Shown: positions 12,841 to 29,336, counted from the first letter of the stretch. The stretch is 64,000 nt of DNA from Trichosphaerium sp. ATCC 40318 (GCA_038496445.1 JALMLS010000342.1:186001-250000); one strand, 5' to 3'. Notes: generated from the sequence alone by a model not told the origin. Program-made: numbers and translations.

Positions 12841-13188
12841 AAGTGAAATAAGCAGCATGCTTTGGTAAATAAAAAGAGCCAACTTTTATGAAATAAATAG
12901 TTGTGGTTTTAATGGTAAACAAAAAGTACTTTAAACTACAAACCTACTAGGTAACGTATTTGGTTCTTCGTCTTTGCCATTTCCATGAAAGAAATGTTAG
13001 TGCCAATTCAATCCACAACTTGTGAGAAATCAATCTGCTTGTTTTCACAGGCTGGTATGATTGAAACACTTGGCCCTGTTTCTAGTGAACAACTAATGGA
13101 ACTTCACTTGGGCGTTGTGAAAAAACAAGCCAGAATTATTTAATCATCAGCTTAGAAAATACCAAAGATTCCAACCTTAAAAATGAAC

Positions 13189-13320
13189 AAAACCTTCACA
13201 CTTACGGGTAGTCCGCATGCAAGCTTTGATGCGATAAATCGCACGACAATAAGGTACTGCTCCCAGACGCGATCACCGCTAGTCAAACACCGAAGTAAAT
13301 GACGACCTTTACACATTCTC
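13189..13320 (-). ncRNA. Candidate structured non-coding RNA, copy 2 of 3
   Basis: Tandem copy 480 bp from copy 1, same core and T-runs. Confidence 0.55.
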
Positions 13321-13723
13321 TCCTGAAATAAATAAAAAGAACCAACTTTTCTCAAATAATTTATTGTGGTTTCTAATGGTAAACAAAAATTACTTTACAT
13401 ACAACCCACAAACAAGCCTTGTGGAAAACATTGTTGTAGTACCAATTCAATACTAGAGTTCGAAGAAATCAACCAAACCGTTTTCGGTGCAAAGGACTAT
13501 ACACCATCTAACTTGTGACGACATAAAACCATTGTAAAACTGAGTCTCACCTTCCACTTGCGGTAAGATAGTACGAAGGTCAAAAAGGTGGGTCTTTCTT
13601 TGCCGTACAATGGAGGCGCTAGGGATAGTAGAATGTTGTGTTTATTTTAAATTGGTTGCAAGTATAATAACACCAATGTTCAGTTCCTACACAGCAAACT
13701 TTTTTCCACGTGTTGTATAGTTT

Positions 13724-15635
13724 CTAAGAGAGTAGCCAGTTCATTATATCGTCTTGTGCGTCTGGTTGTTTAGGTGTATTCGTTTGGACTGTTTCCAAAA
13801 ATTGCATATCTAATCCTGTTTTGTTTGCTCCAGGGTTAGGATTGCCGCCAAGTCCTGACTGGAATGGTGTTGTATTATAAAAAGTGTTGTTTACAGGAGG
13901 ATTAGGATCATCTCCAAGTCCCGACTGGAATGGTGTAGAATCATAAAAAGGGTTATTTGCCAACATTGGGTCAATCACCTAGACGCTAGTGAGAATCACG
14001 TAAGTTTTTCACTTGGGTTACCTCAACTTCGTTTGATGATACTCTGAGACTATTAGGTACACGGACAATATTGTTAGCAGGGTATACACCGGACATTGAA
14101 ATAAGCTTTGCTTCCTAAATTAAAGTGAGCGATAATTCGAGTCTTTGATGTCGAGTCAATAACGCACGGTTGCTCCAACACCATCTGGACCTTCGATAAT
14201 CGCAGAGCAGGTTTACTGCGAGGTGAATCAGTTGCACGAGGCTTTTTACGCTTTTTCTTTGTTCTTGGGCTGACAACCTCGGTTGCTGTAGTTTTATTGC
14301 GTGGAGTTTTTTTTTTAGGTTTCTCTCTGAAGAGGAAGAGCTATCTTCATTCACAAAGTCAACACTATCATTTAAAACACCGTCAAGTTTATCATATAGG
14401 GTAAGTAATAACCCACGCAATTTTTCATGGGCGTCGTCGCCGCCCAATTCTGTGATATGACTAAACAAGAGGTTGATATTTTAAACTTGTTTTGAAAAAT
14501 TTAAGAAGTTGTTATTGATGCTTACTCTGTGAGCTTAACACGTTTTTCTGTTAGATTCGCTTTCAACTGTTCCTTTACATCGCTATCGACAGTATCATCA
14601 CTATCCTCAGCCTTTAGTATATCCTCGAGAAGCGACATTTGAGATTTAACTTCGCGCATGAATTGTCGTAAATCTTTAGGAATGACGACGGCTACAAATG
14701 GCTATTAGGTTTGCTTAAATTATTAAAAACAAATAAACGTACACATTCGTGACTTTTCAAGCATATCTTTGCGCTACAAAACAAATGAGCAAATTACAAT
14801 TTGAGATCTCATTACTTTTTTCTGGGTTTTTGATGCCTTTCCAGGCAAAGTAAGTGGAGTATAGTCGGCTTCTGTTGGTACTGGAAATTCACATCCTTTC
14901 TTTACAAGCTTTTGGTAAATCTCATTGAAGATAGGAAGCTCCTAAAAGATCAAAAAATGAGATTTTGTGTTTTATTGTAAAACCGGTAAAAAAAAGCCGT
15001 ACATCCGGATGTAGTGGTCCCCATTGCATTATAAGCATCAGTGCCTTGTCTATGATTAGATTATCCCAAACTGAATCGCTCTTTTGCTTCTTCTACGACA
15101 AGTGTAAGCGAGGTTTGAAGTAACGACTCGGTGTCACCTTTTTTTTTGCCAATTTTTTCATAACTGCCATAAATTCTTTATTACCAACGGCACGTTGAAA
15201 CTTTACTCCGCAGCTCTTAACACACGCTTCAACTACCTGAACAAGCATTTTAGTATTGAGAGTTAAAAAATCAGACAAAAGCGTACATGAAGCGCCAGCC
15301 ATATTCGTTTCTTTGCCTTCTTATCTGAGAGGACAATCTAAACGGGTAATCATTTTAACCACCTGTTTAATTCAATTCTTACCTGTAACACGTTCACTAC
15401 GAGAGGTGGAAGGTATCTAACGCGCCATAAGCAAAATTTGCGGATCAGAAATGGCGTACTTTATGTGCTTATTTGTGAGGTCTATGATTAATAATATGAT
15501 ATCCCAAGGCGGAGAGGCAAGCTAAGGGGCTGTTGTTATTTGGAACATAAACGTATACTGTACTTTTGCATGCGTCGCTTTATTTATGAGGCTTTGAACC
15601 TTTTGAACGTCTCTTTGGTCTGGGTAGTACGACAT
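13724..15635 (-). CDS. TOM1-like VHS (+GAT-like) endosomal adaptor
   Basis: MSYYPDQ..INKATHAKLASPPWDIILLIIDL..VEACVKSCGVKFQRAVGNKEFM..KALMLIMQWG..IYQKLVKKGCEFP (VHS); helical GAT-like region; NPF motif in tail. Confidence 0.85.
13820..13950 (-). repeat. Two-copy 66-bp coding repeat (FYxxTPFQSGLGxxPNP)
   Basis: Direct repeat visible in DNA (GACTGGAATGGTGT twice) and in protein. Confidence 0.8.
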
Positions 15636-15911
15636 GTCAGTATTTTCAATGTGTTACGTGCATTCCTCACCGTAGTGAAACAATTGGGTTTGGGCCTTTT
15701 CACTCATATGTGCACTGTGTTCTTTTACAAATGGTAATTCTCGAAGTAGGACTGACACAACAGGCTATTGCTGGTATAAAAGTAGAAACCTGTTGTTTTG
15801 GGGTTTTGTCGGGCCTTAAAAGAACAAACCAAGAATTCAGCACTAATCAACAAATAGCCCGGGATTTATTCACAGAAGTTTTACTTGCGCCTAAGGTTTT
15901 GTATTATAACC

Positions 15912-18902
<2,991 letters not shown>

Positions 18903-19120
18903 ACTACGTCTGTTGTAGTTAAAGGGTCAAACTGGCCAAAAGTCGTGGTTCGTAAACACAATTAAAACAATGACCCGAACGCACTCAAAACTCTGGGATA
19001 GCACGTGAAGTTCTAGAAATAACTATACAAGGAATACAGAGCAATCATTGAACAGTAACCGGCAAAGGAAGTAAAGGGCATGCAAAGGAACTTATATTTA
19101 AATTTACAATGAAACGACTA

Positions 19121-22100
19121 TTACCGTTTACCCTGTCCTTTCTTTTTCAACCCTTGTAACACGGAAAAATGTTTACTGCGTCTCTTCTTTGTAGACTCCT
19201 AAAACACGTTTTTAGTGAAAATCAAACAAAAAAATTGTAAGACATCGTCGGCTCTTACCTCTCTCTTGGACTCCTCGCGTCGTTTTCTCTTTTTGATGTT
19301 CTTATCTCTTTCTTTGTAGTAGTTGTTGTGTTTTCTGAGTTCGACATGTTTAACAGTCTTGAGAAATCGTAGAGCTAAGCAAACAAAATCAGTTGTCTTG
19401 GATTCTTCACGTTAAACAAATTTCGTACCCTCTGCTCTTTCTTGTTCCCTAGGATCAACTTCGATTTGTGGTCTTGCATTCTCGAAATCATTCTCATAAC
19501 GAAGAGTACTCTTTTTAACTTCTTTGTAAGGTAATTGTTGGAGAACACTCTGCACGACGTTGATTAGTACAAGTAAGATTAACTAAAACTAGTACCTTTG
19601 GTGCTTTAACTCTTCCCTCTCTATATGTATGCGTAGGTACTTCCTAACACCAAGCATTAGATGTCAGTCTCTCACATAAATCGGTTACCTGTTCGTATAA
19701 TGAATCCTCTTTCTGTGGGATCGGTATATTACGGCCTCTACGCAACTGGTACACTGTTCGCGCTCTTGGACCTTCCCAATTTGCTTCTGCTTCATGAAGA
19801 AGGGAGCAAATAGGATTATAAAGTTTAAATGGTTCTATTGGAAAGTACGTTCGCAAAAAGATAATATCTAAGGAAACGTAAGATCTGCATGTTTTTTTTT
19901 ATGAGGTACCAGATGGTAACAGTCCTGCTTCGAACTTTGCACGGAACATGCCTCTTTCTCCCTGTTTAGAAGTTAGTACGATGGGAACTTGGTGTGACTC
20001 TAGAGTCGTACCACTGCACGTTTAATAGCACCTCTAATTCCTGCGACAGTACGAAGCTGAGCGCCGTGGAATTTTGACACTTCAAGACGGCTTGAAAACA
20101 TGCCTGGGTAACAAGTTAGTTTTGCAATTTTTTTATACAACCAATACCTTTAACAAATACAGTTGTCTTTTTAATAGTATCAGGAAATCCAATGAGTTTA
20201 AGCTTTTTAACAATCGCGTGCTTCTTGTTTACATCTAATACAACGCCAGATAAACTAGTACGGAAAGATGCCTTTGCACCTGATTAGCAAACAGTTTCAA
20301 AAAAATAAAAAAAAGATGTTAGTACTTGATTCTTCTCAATGTTCTGGAATCCCACAAGACCAGTTTGTGGTGCAGCAATAGGTCCCCAAAATGTGGCCAA
20401 ACAGTGAATGTGTTCAGGTGTGTATTTCAACATGCGATTCTTTCCAGTGGCTTCGCTTATTACAGAGTATACTGGCATTGTTTGGAATCGTCTCCATCCA
20501 AGAGATATAACGAGAGGATCATGTGACTTCAATATCTTTCTATGCCATCTGTGCTTACGGACACGAGCCTTAAAATAAACAGTAAGAAAATCTTCAAGAA
20601 CATCTTTAATCTAAATACCTGCACAAAGCCTAGTCGGTCTTCGCCCTGCAGCAAACCTCCAATAACTAGTGGTCTGTACGGAGAAAAGTGTTGTACAAAT
20701 TCGCAAGGTATCTTAGATACTGTAACTCTAACATACGTTCCAGCTCTAAAGGAATATATTAGAAGCTTCAGGAGATTTTGACATTTGCTGATTATACGCA
20801 CGGGTAACCTTCCACCTTGGCACGCTCTTCTGGGCTTAAATGCGCAAAAGCTGTTCTGTTCTTGTCACCTTGTTTGGCATACTGTGCTTTGACATGTCTG
20901 TAATATTCACCTGGCTCTGGTGCGGCTCCTTGTAGTTTATCATACTCAGCATCAAAAAGCGCCTTCAAACGCTCCTTTTTCTTCATGCGTTTCTTGTGCT
21001 TTCTGTCTTCTTTTTCCTGATTCATTTTAGCGATGTATTCTTCTGTCTCGTTGTGAACTGGAATTTCTTCATCTAATTGCTAATGTTAGAATTGGATTCA
21101 TGTACTAGTAAGAGGCATACCACTTTCTGAGTCACTAGAGCTCTCATCAGAGTCATAGATATCAGCTTCTTCGGCTGCTTTAAGTGTTTTCTTTTCAATA
21201 TCAACAAAGCCCTTTAACTCCTCATCATCATCTTCTTCTTCATACCAGTCAATTGGTACAAACTTAGAGAGAAGGAGTTCTTCCATCTACGAGGGATTTA
21301 TTGGTAAATTTGAAAACAAGTAATTTCGCTTACCTCTTTGTGCATTGAAAAATCGATCAGTTCATCATCAGCAATAGTATGTCTGCTTGATTCAAGCTTA
21401 TTCTTGTCATCTTCACGCTTCCAGCTATTCATATTCAACACCCACTTGGAACGGCGTTTGTCTTCTAAAGAAGAAATTTAGGTTGGCGTCTCGACATTCT
21501 ATGACGTACCTTTCTCTGATGAATGACTTCTTGGATCACCATACACAAGAGCCTTCAAGTCCACTGGTTTGAAAAACTTTTTAGCTGCTTTTAGAACATT
21601 ATTTTCGCGCCAGCGCAATGTCTTGTCTTCGTTGTCTTCAGTGTCTACTTTCATCGGTTTTGGAAAGCTAATGTTCTCTTCAGGTTCATCAACATCCATA
21701 GGAGCTATATCAGAATCTTTGCGCTTTTGTTTACTTTCACGATCTCTTTTTTCTGGCCATGATGGCTTGCCAGTTAATAACTCTTCCAAGGCATCATTCT
21801 TTGGCTTGATGGTGTTCTTTGCCTCATCACGCAGCTGTGCTTGTTTCTTTTTGGCGAGTTCTAAAAGATCATCTTCGTCACTGTCATCATCTTGTTGCAT
21901 CATATTTACAATGTTTAAATCTAGTTCACTGTCAAAATCTTAAGGCAACAAATCAATACGAACGTACCAAGAGGATTCAATGTGTCATCAAATGCCAATT
22001 CTTCTTTTTCTTTCTCGTCATCAAAGTACATACGTCTACGATCACCAGAAGCAAGAGCAGCAGATCCTTCAATCAAATTAATTGAAGCATTCTGAAGCTG

Positions 22101-23665
22101 AGTATCCAACTCTCTATTGATTTCTGTGTTTCGGAGTTCCTTGACCATTTTTTCTCCTTGACCAAGTGGTCGCGAGCCTAGACATTGAATGATTAGTTGC
22201 TGCAACTATATATTTCTTGTATATCTATACCTGGTCCTCCTGCTGCCTCTGTTCCAGCCATCTTAACGTAAACACCACTCTCATCAAAGAAAATGTTGTT
22301 AAAGTCAGCCATTGGCGCGTGAATGACACGTTGTGCCGCTGAAACGCTTTTTCTTTCTCCTTTTTTTGCTCTAGGCGTCGGCTCCTCCAATAGTTTAATT
22401 TTCTCTACTCGGAAATCGCCACAACCAGGAACATGAATTTTTTGGTTTTCCTTTAGGTTAGTACCATGCACATAACCGAAAAACGCGGCTGTTCTATCAC
22501 ATTTAGGGTTTATACGCTTTGCTTCAAAGTCAGTTAAATCCTCAACACTAAATCCGTGTCAAAATAAAATAATATAGACTGAAGTGAAGGTACCGATCTG
22601 CTAGGATATATGGATGGCTAATCTGCCATCTTAAAGGCCTGGACTTTATGCCAGATAGAATGTGGGCAAAATTACGGACTTCAACGTATGGATAGCCCTA
22701 ACTATATTAAAAAGCTGCTAAGGAAATGGTATCAATAGTACCTTGTTTATCAAACCTTGGAAATGAAATACTCTAACTCCATTAAACAATTCCTTCTCCA
22801 TTCTCTTCTTGATTTTATTCTTTGACTTCCAAACTCGACTGATACCCTAAGTTCTCTTTAAGTGGTTGAAGCGAATACGTAGACAATACGTACATCTAAT
22901 TTATCCATGTGTGTAATAAGACAAACTACTTTTGTGAAACCAGTGTTTTTCAGGACATTGATAAACTCAAATGTTTCCTGTGACATGTCATTTAGTACTA
23001 ATTGTCAAACATTTTGTGTACCATCTCAAAGCCGAAAGAACCATCTATCATGAGCACTACTACGTCACAGACTTTAGCCATATCTATCATGGAATTCAAA
23101 TCGTTTTTAAGTTCCATAAACGTCATTCTAGCTTTACTAGTAGCTACAACTGTGACGGGTCCCTATTGATAGTTAGGAATAACAAATTTTTTTGTGAATT
23201 GCTTACTTTGACCGTTGAAATGTGCTGGCGCGCGTAGTGATACACAAGACCGCGTATAAGCGTTGTTTTACCAACCTATTGATTGTATTAGCCGTGATAA
23301 ATTATTTTGTATTTTACTACAAACGTACACCCTGAGGTCCTTGAATAGCAACAATTAATGGCGGTGGGTCAGCTGACTTCCTGTCAGGTAGAGGAATGTT
23401 GTATTTACGCTCTTGTGCGTTCATGCGATGCGTTATCATGCGTCGCATCTTATCTGGGTTGGCAATGGAGAAAGCCTGTTAAAAAAATGAGTAATCAAGA
23501 ATAACATAAGCGTTTACGAACCCTGTTGTTGTTCTTTTGCTTATGAACGGCATCTGGGTCTACACCTTTTTTCTTGAGCTGTTCTCTTTTTTTCTTTTCC
23601 GCTTTTTTACCAACAATGGACGTGCGGTGAGCCTTTCTGTCAGGCTTGGTGCTGTCGTCGTACAT
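19121..23665 (-). CDS. BMS1: Ribosome biogenesis GTPase BMS1
   Basis: PPPLIVAIQGPQGVGKTTLI, AKVCDVVVLMIDGSFGFEMETFEF, GYRAGTYVRV, SHDPLVISLGWRRFQT, RMLKYTPEHIHC, AQLRTVAGIRGAIK. Confidence 0.95.
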
Positions 23666-23856
23666 CGTAGCAAATTACGCTTAAATAGCTTTATATGTCT
23701 CCTTCCGATAATTATTTAAGTTTACAACGCCTATACAACAACGTTTGAAGCCATTAGGTCAATTCAATTTATTTTGACTCAACCTGGACTTTGCTAGTCT
23801 GAAATTTAGATAAATTTCGCACTTTTTTCGTGTTATTCTATTTACATGGCTAATGT

Positions 23857-24731
23857 TTACACCTTCCCATTAGCGTAATCTTCCAAATACAGAGCGTGAT
23901 TATTAATATAGCGGCTGTACTTTTGTTTCAGTGGGTGTCCATCATAGTATGCAATCATAGCGCATGCTGATGCCTTACGGATGAAAGAATCAGCTTCAAC
24001 TGCCTTCTTCATCATTACAGCCCAATGAAATCCATTATAGCACGTGGAGACGAGGACAAATGGATTTATGATCCCCTCTATAACTAGATGTCAACATACT
24101 TCAATTAACAAAGTATCATACCTTCTTTAAATAACGCAATTAGTTCCGTGGCAATCGTCATGCCTCTCTTTGGGTCGTCTGCCATAGCGAGCTTATATTG
24201 CAAGTCTTCACAGCAATTCCGCCGCCTGTCACTCGTGGCTGTATCCTCACAGGAACAAAGTGAGCAGACACATTTAAAACCAAAGTTTGTTTTTAGGTTA
24301 TCTCTCCTGTTCTTGGTGCTTGTTATTGTATTTTCAATGTACGAAAATGACAGAGCATCACCAACTGTTATAGTCTTGATTGCATACAAGTTCTTGGTTT
24401 TGGTGTTATCATCCCACGTGTTGATACAATTAGGGGCACAAGAATGGTTGACTCGTGCTAGTTTGATGCACAAGCAAGCCACGGATGGTTTATTTGTACC
24501 CATCCAATTTGTTCTCACGACTCCAGACATGGTCTTTTTGCCTCCTTTCTTAACGTATTGGTCGTGCAATTTTAACACAGCAGGTGGAAATGTGCCCTTA
24601 GAAAGAAGACCCGCTGAAAACTCCTCCAAAGAAAATACCACAGCTGGTTTCTCAGAGAAAATAATGTCTCCTGGCTCATAGTCTCTTGTAGCAATTACGC
24701 CATAGCCTCCTGGAACAGCGCAGACTTGCAT
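23857..24731 (-). CDS. SET-domain lysine methyltransferase (SMYD/Set5-like)
   Basis: GYGVIATRDYEPGDIIFSEKP, RVNHSCAPN, FSYI, post-SET FKCVCSLC; one intron near 24080-24120. Confidence 0.88.
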
Positions 24732-25214
24732 AATTCCGTAAAAAAAACTCGTAGTACTTACAATGGAACCGTGTGACACTAGCAACCAATATTGACGTAA
24801 TTGCTACACAGCTTATCGTAAACTCGTGGTACTTTCTCTAAACGGCGTCAAAGTTAAGCCAGGGAGTATCAAGGCAGCCTTAGCTTGGTTTTGTCTCCAT
24901 TACTTACGTTTGTAGTATTTTATATGACGATAGGTAAGTGGCGTACTTAACAAGCAGCGGTTGAAACTCTCGAAAAGTCAAACTGTTTACAATTGTAAAG
25001 AAAATTCAACTTTTTTATGTTAACTCATTCACGTGATGGTTACTAAACCTTGAGTACGCCATTGATGTTAGTTTTTCATGTGCGTATGGTCACGATTGAA
25101 CCTTTAACAAATAGCGTTAACATGGTTATTATAAAACGTTAGTTCCTGTATTTTATGTATGTTACCCAATAACGATATTTATTATCTACTTAAATTTTTT
25201 GTTGGTTCTACCCA

Positions 25215-28200
25215 TTACATCAGCATGCACTCTTCATCTTTCTCCCAAAATCCTCGCTGACGTGAATTTGAATACATAGTTTCTCCAACTGGAAGCATGG
25301 TCAACCACAGAGCAGCCATATCGCGAACATCTGGCTCTGAGAGAAGTTGTTGTGTTTCGATATCCGCTTCCTTTTTTTTGTGAGTTCTCATTAAAATACG
25401 ATGACAACGCACTTGGATACCAAACAGTAAAGTCTTGATCTCTAAAACTCGCTTCACAAACTGTATTCTCCGGCTACGAAAGTGTCAAAAGACAACCAAG
25501 TCCTGAATGGTTCAAAGTGTTAGTACCCAATTTGTTGTGTTTCTTTGGATGTCTGAGCGAGACGTGTATAGATCAATAGCAAGAGAGGGCAGTAGCCAAA
25601 GCGGTTTAGAACATTATCTATCAAAATTAACAATAAAAAAATCCAGGCTTTACTCACCTGCTGCTTCCTCTAACCATCGCACACAGTCATTGAAGTGGTT
25701 TGAGGAAAAACGTTGCTGTGCCATTACAACCTTATCGTATGCAATCAATCCCTAAAACAAGTGAGCAGTATATAACGCGATACCACAGTACTTCAGCATA
25801 TCCCTCTCCTAGCGCCAAACCAGAGTTCATGCGCATAGCCTAAGCTTATATAAACACTACATTACAATTTCATTTCGAACCTGAGATATTGCCTCCCAAG
25901 CTCTGGTGTGTTCACCAAAGCCAATGTGCATCTTTGTGAGCCACTCTAAGTCCTGTGCAACTTCTCCATAGTTCTCAGGAGTCTCCTTAGATCTATACAT
26001 AGGCGTTAACGGGTAGCCCAGATTACCACAATATTTTTGGTACCTGTAAACAGCTTTGTTGCTGTCGAGACATTCATCAAAGCTTGAAAAGTATGTCAGT
26101 GCGAACTATTTACACATGTCGTACAATTGCTTAGCTTTGTAAAGATTTGGCCCTTCAGACAGTATTTCCAAAATGCCCATAAACCTTAGAGCCCGTAGAG
26201 TCCTGCCCTTTTGTGCTATGAATGCCTCAACAACTTGTGTGGCCCTATGTATTCGTGTGAGTAGTATTTTCGCAATAGCATAATAAATACATTGTTGGCT
26301 GCCCTATGTGGAGGTACAATAGTCCGTCTACGATGAGTGAATCGTCCTGGAGTTCATGCTCGGTCAGAGGCACAGGAGTGTTATCCTCTGAACAAAGACG
26401 TCAGTAACACATTAAAAAAAAAGATAATTTACCGAGATGACCGTGACACCATGCTTTAATAATACGCATTGTTGGATCAATGGTGCTTATAGTTGTCAGC
26501 AACATAATAGTTGATAAAAATCCTTAACTGGTATATTTGTCGCAGAGATTCAAAGTCTTCTGCTTGCATCCAATATTTTTTGGATGAGTTTGTTTCTTCA
26601 TTGAGCGGTTTGAACTTAATACCAACTTGTTTGTCTCCTTGCTTTGAAAAATCGGAAGCCTCCCTGTGAATAGTTAAGTGTTATTGTATGTTACGCACAA
26701 TGTACCTTTCAAAATAAATCTCAGTTCCTTCCTCTTTGTAGAAAGCGTGCAATTTAAGTTTCATTTCGAGCATGATGTTAAAACAAGCAGCTAAGTTTTC
26801 AGCTCCTTTTGGAGATATAGCTCTTCGTTTGCCAAGAAGTCTGATCTTTCCAAGCGTTGTCTGTGCTTGGAATATGCCATGATACAATGCAAGACCTTCA
26901 ACAATTTCCTACAGGGCGAAAATTAACAAGAAAACAAAAAGTACAAACGCACTTGTAAAAAGTCTAGCAATTGATCAAGCCAGATATGATTAAAAGTTGG
27001 CTCTGGAACGTTCCAACTAGTGAATATAAAGAATAAATTTCACATGCACTGACGTACCGTAGAACAAGGCCTCGTAGATTATATAGCGCTCTATTTTTGC
27101 ACAGTGGGATGACACTTTCGCGATATTGAATTGTTTGTTGTAATTTAGAATGTACTGCTGAATTGTATGTATCCCACATGTGTTTATCACCGTATAAATA
27201 GCAGGTTTGTCTTAGCATTTTAGAGAGCTTCTTTTGATGGTTGTAGCGAGCAATATTTTGCCATTCGAGAACTTCAGAAATGTCGCCTTGTTTATTTAAA
27301 TTAGCAAAAGAACACGTGCGTTTTATGTTACTTACCAATTAAGAATGGCTCTCTCAATGGGTTCGAGTATTGGTCAAGACTTATACCTTTAGGACATCTG
27401 TACATTGTAAATCCATCGACAGTAAAGATCTACCGTTGTATTTAGCGACTGTTTTTTGTTATCAAGCGAGTACAGTTTCTCCAAGAACAAAGATCTTATT
27501 TGCAAATAATTCGCTGAGTTTCATTCCCCATGTCATTGTCCCTTTGTTCTTGTCCTTTAATATGATTCCTACATATATATGAGCAATGTTGCATTGTGAC
27601 ACGCCCTACCAAATTTTATTGGCCCATACAATCCCTAGTACAATGTTAGAACAACGAGCATTGAACCTAAATGTTATACCATTTGTTCTCTTGCCATGTC
27701 TCCCATTCCAAATATCATCCACTTAGTAGTTGCCGGAGGCAATTCTTTCAAGCAATCATCCAAGATACATTGCAATATACCTTTTGATATTAATTATTTT
27801 GACAACATGTATTCGTAGTTGTCGTACCTCGTATGCTGTCTGTTAGGTACTTCATGATTTCTTCTGGTCTTTGTTTCTCAGTGATTTTGTCCTTTGCCGT
27901 AGACCGCAATCGCTGTAACGTAATTCTATAATCCCAAAAAGGTCCTTATGTATACGTCAATCGTAACCAAAGTTGATATACTGGAGCTTACCTTTTTTAT
28001 TAGGTGATGCTGGCACAACCTCGAAATCTGGAGTAAATACTTGTTCTTCATGCACGCCATTTGCTCCGTTTTGATCAGTTGAACCGTTATCACTCAAATC
28101 AACAGGCTGGAAGTTATCGTCTTCCTCATCGCCCTTATCCACACCGTTTTCTTCTTTGGAAGGAATAATGGGTTGCTCAATGTTCTCATCTAGTGCTGTG

Positions 28201-29336
28201 GGTTCCTCAAATTCAGGCTCTTGATTAAATTTATAGTCTTTTTCGTATATTTCGCGCTGTTCTATGGCTCTGTGTATAGGCGTGTAGATATCAACATTAT
28301 GGGAGTTACACGATACAGCGTCATTGGCTTTGATGGCTTCTTGCTTCTCAAGCTCTACAAGAAGTTGTACACATTCATTCTAAAAACGGTAGTCAGTAAA
28401 CCTTTACAACGCTGAGCGCTCACTTGATGATCATGTATCCCTTTGTATTCTTTACCAGTTGCTTCTAGGGACAGTGAAAGCTGAATAGCGCTTACATAAT
28501 CTATACAATCATTAGATAAGGTCAATGAGTAAATATACAACCAGCCATAGCCTCAGCAAAGCGATAATTGGATAGCAACCTCCCTCGCTAAAAGTACAGA
28601 AAATTATACGATGTTCAATTTTTAAGTGATCACGTGCCCGAATTAACAGTGGTAAAACTTTCGGAAAATTGTTTCTGGCGCCCGTTATATCCTTGAGGAG
28701 AAATTTTTAACGGTTTTATTACGTAAGAAAGTAACGTACCTGTGTGGCAACATCAACTACATTCTCATGGAACTCTATAAACTCCCTGAAAGGCAAACTA
28801 TTTATCACTCTTGAAAAAGACCCAACCCACATCAGGAATACTTGAAATGCGTTTCTCCTTGTATCAAAGTCAGCGGAAAATTACTATGAAAGTACTATAC
28901 CTTTTATCGACTACGCTGTCCGCCAATCTCTGCCATATTTGCTTGGGAGGAAAATTTGCAAATTCGAGAGAAAATTTTTCTTTGACCTGTCACGAAGATG
29001 TTAACAGTTAGGAAATCAATGACGCCGTACCATCTCGTGTAAGTGTAAAAAATCGCTATAGCGTTTGTCCTACAGAAATGTCAGATATTGGACCTAAACG
29101 CGAAGTCTCAACGTACAATAATCCAGGTTCTGCCTTCCCTAGCGTTTGAGAAGCGGACTTCCCATTGAAAAACCTACCAAGCGTTATTTTTAATCTTAAA
29201 GATGCCGTACAGTATATTGGTTCGGTACAACCGAGAATTTAACCTCCTACACGTTTGTTAGTCAAGGCGTCAAAAGATTGCTCACCTTATTTGAGTTGTA
29301 GCCTAAAAACTGAAAGCTGAAAGCCTCATTCTCCAT
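25215..29336 (-). CDS. PX domain + low-complexity linker + degenerate DUF294-like nucleotidyltransferase + TPR-like C-terminus
   Basis: YTVFQWEV..WIIDKRYSDF..FPPKQIW..VVDKR (PX); LDDCLKELPP..WMIFGMGDMAREQM..KIFVLGET; IVEGLALYHGI..TTLGKIRLL..ISPKGAENL..LKLHAFY (DUF294_C-like); helical repeats. Confidence 0.65.

Noticed and set aside
12709-12910. Repeat as U1 snRNA (plus-strand ACTTAC, TTGCAC, TTGTGG)
   Set aside because: Lacks ACTTACCTG and the U1-70K loop, spacing to the Sm-like site is too long, and G-U-preserving changes favour the minus strand
13152-13355. Repeat as a small protein family (MCKGRH..ASKLACG)
   Set aside because: Copy 3 has an in-frame TAG and substitutions are mostly non-synonymous
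24148-24681. 177-aa plus-strand ORF
   Set aside because: Antisense shadow of the SET-domain exon
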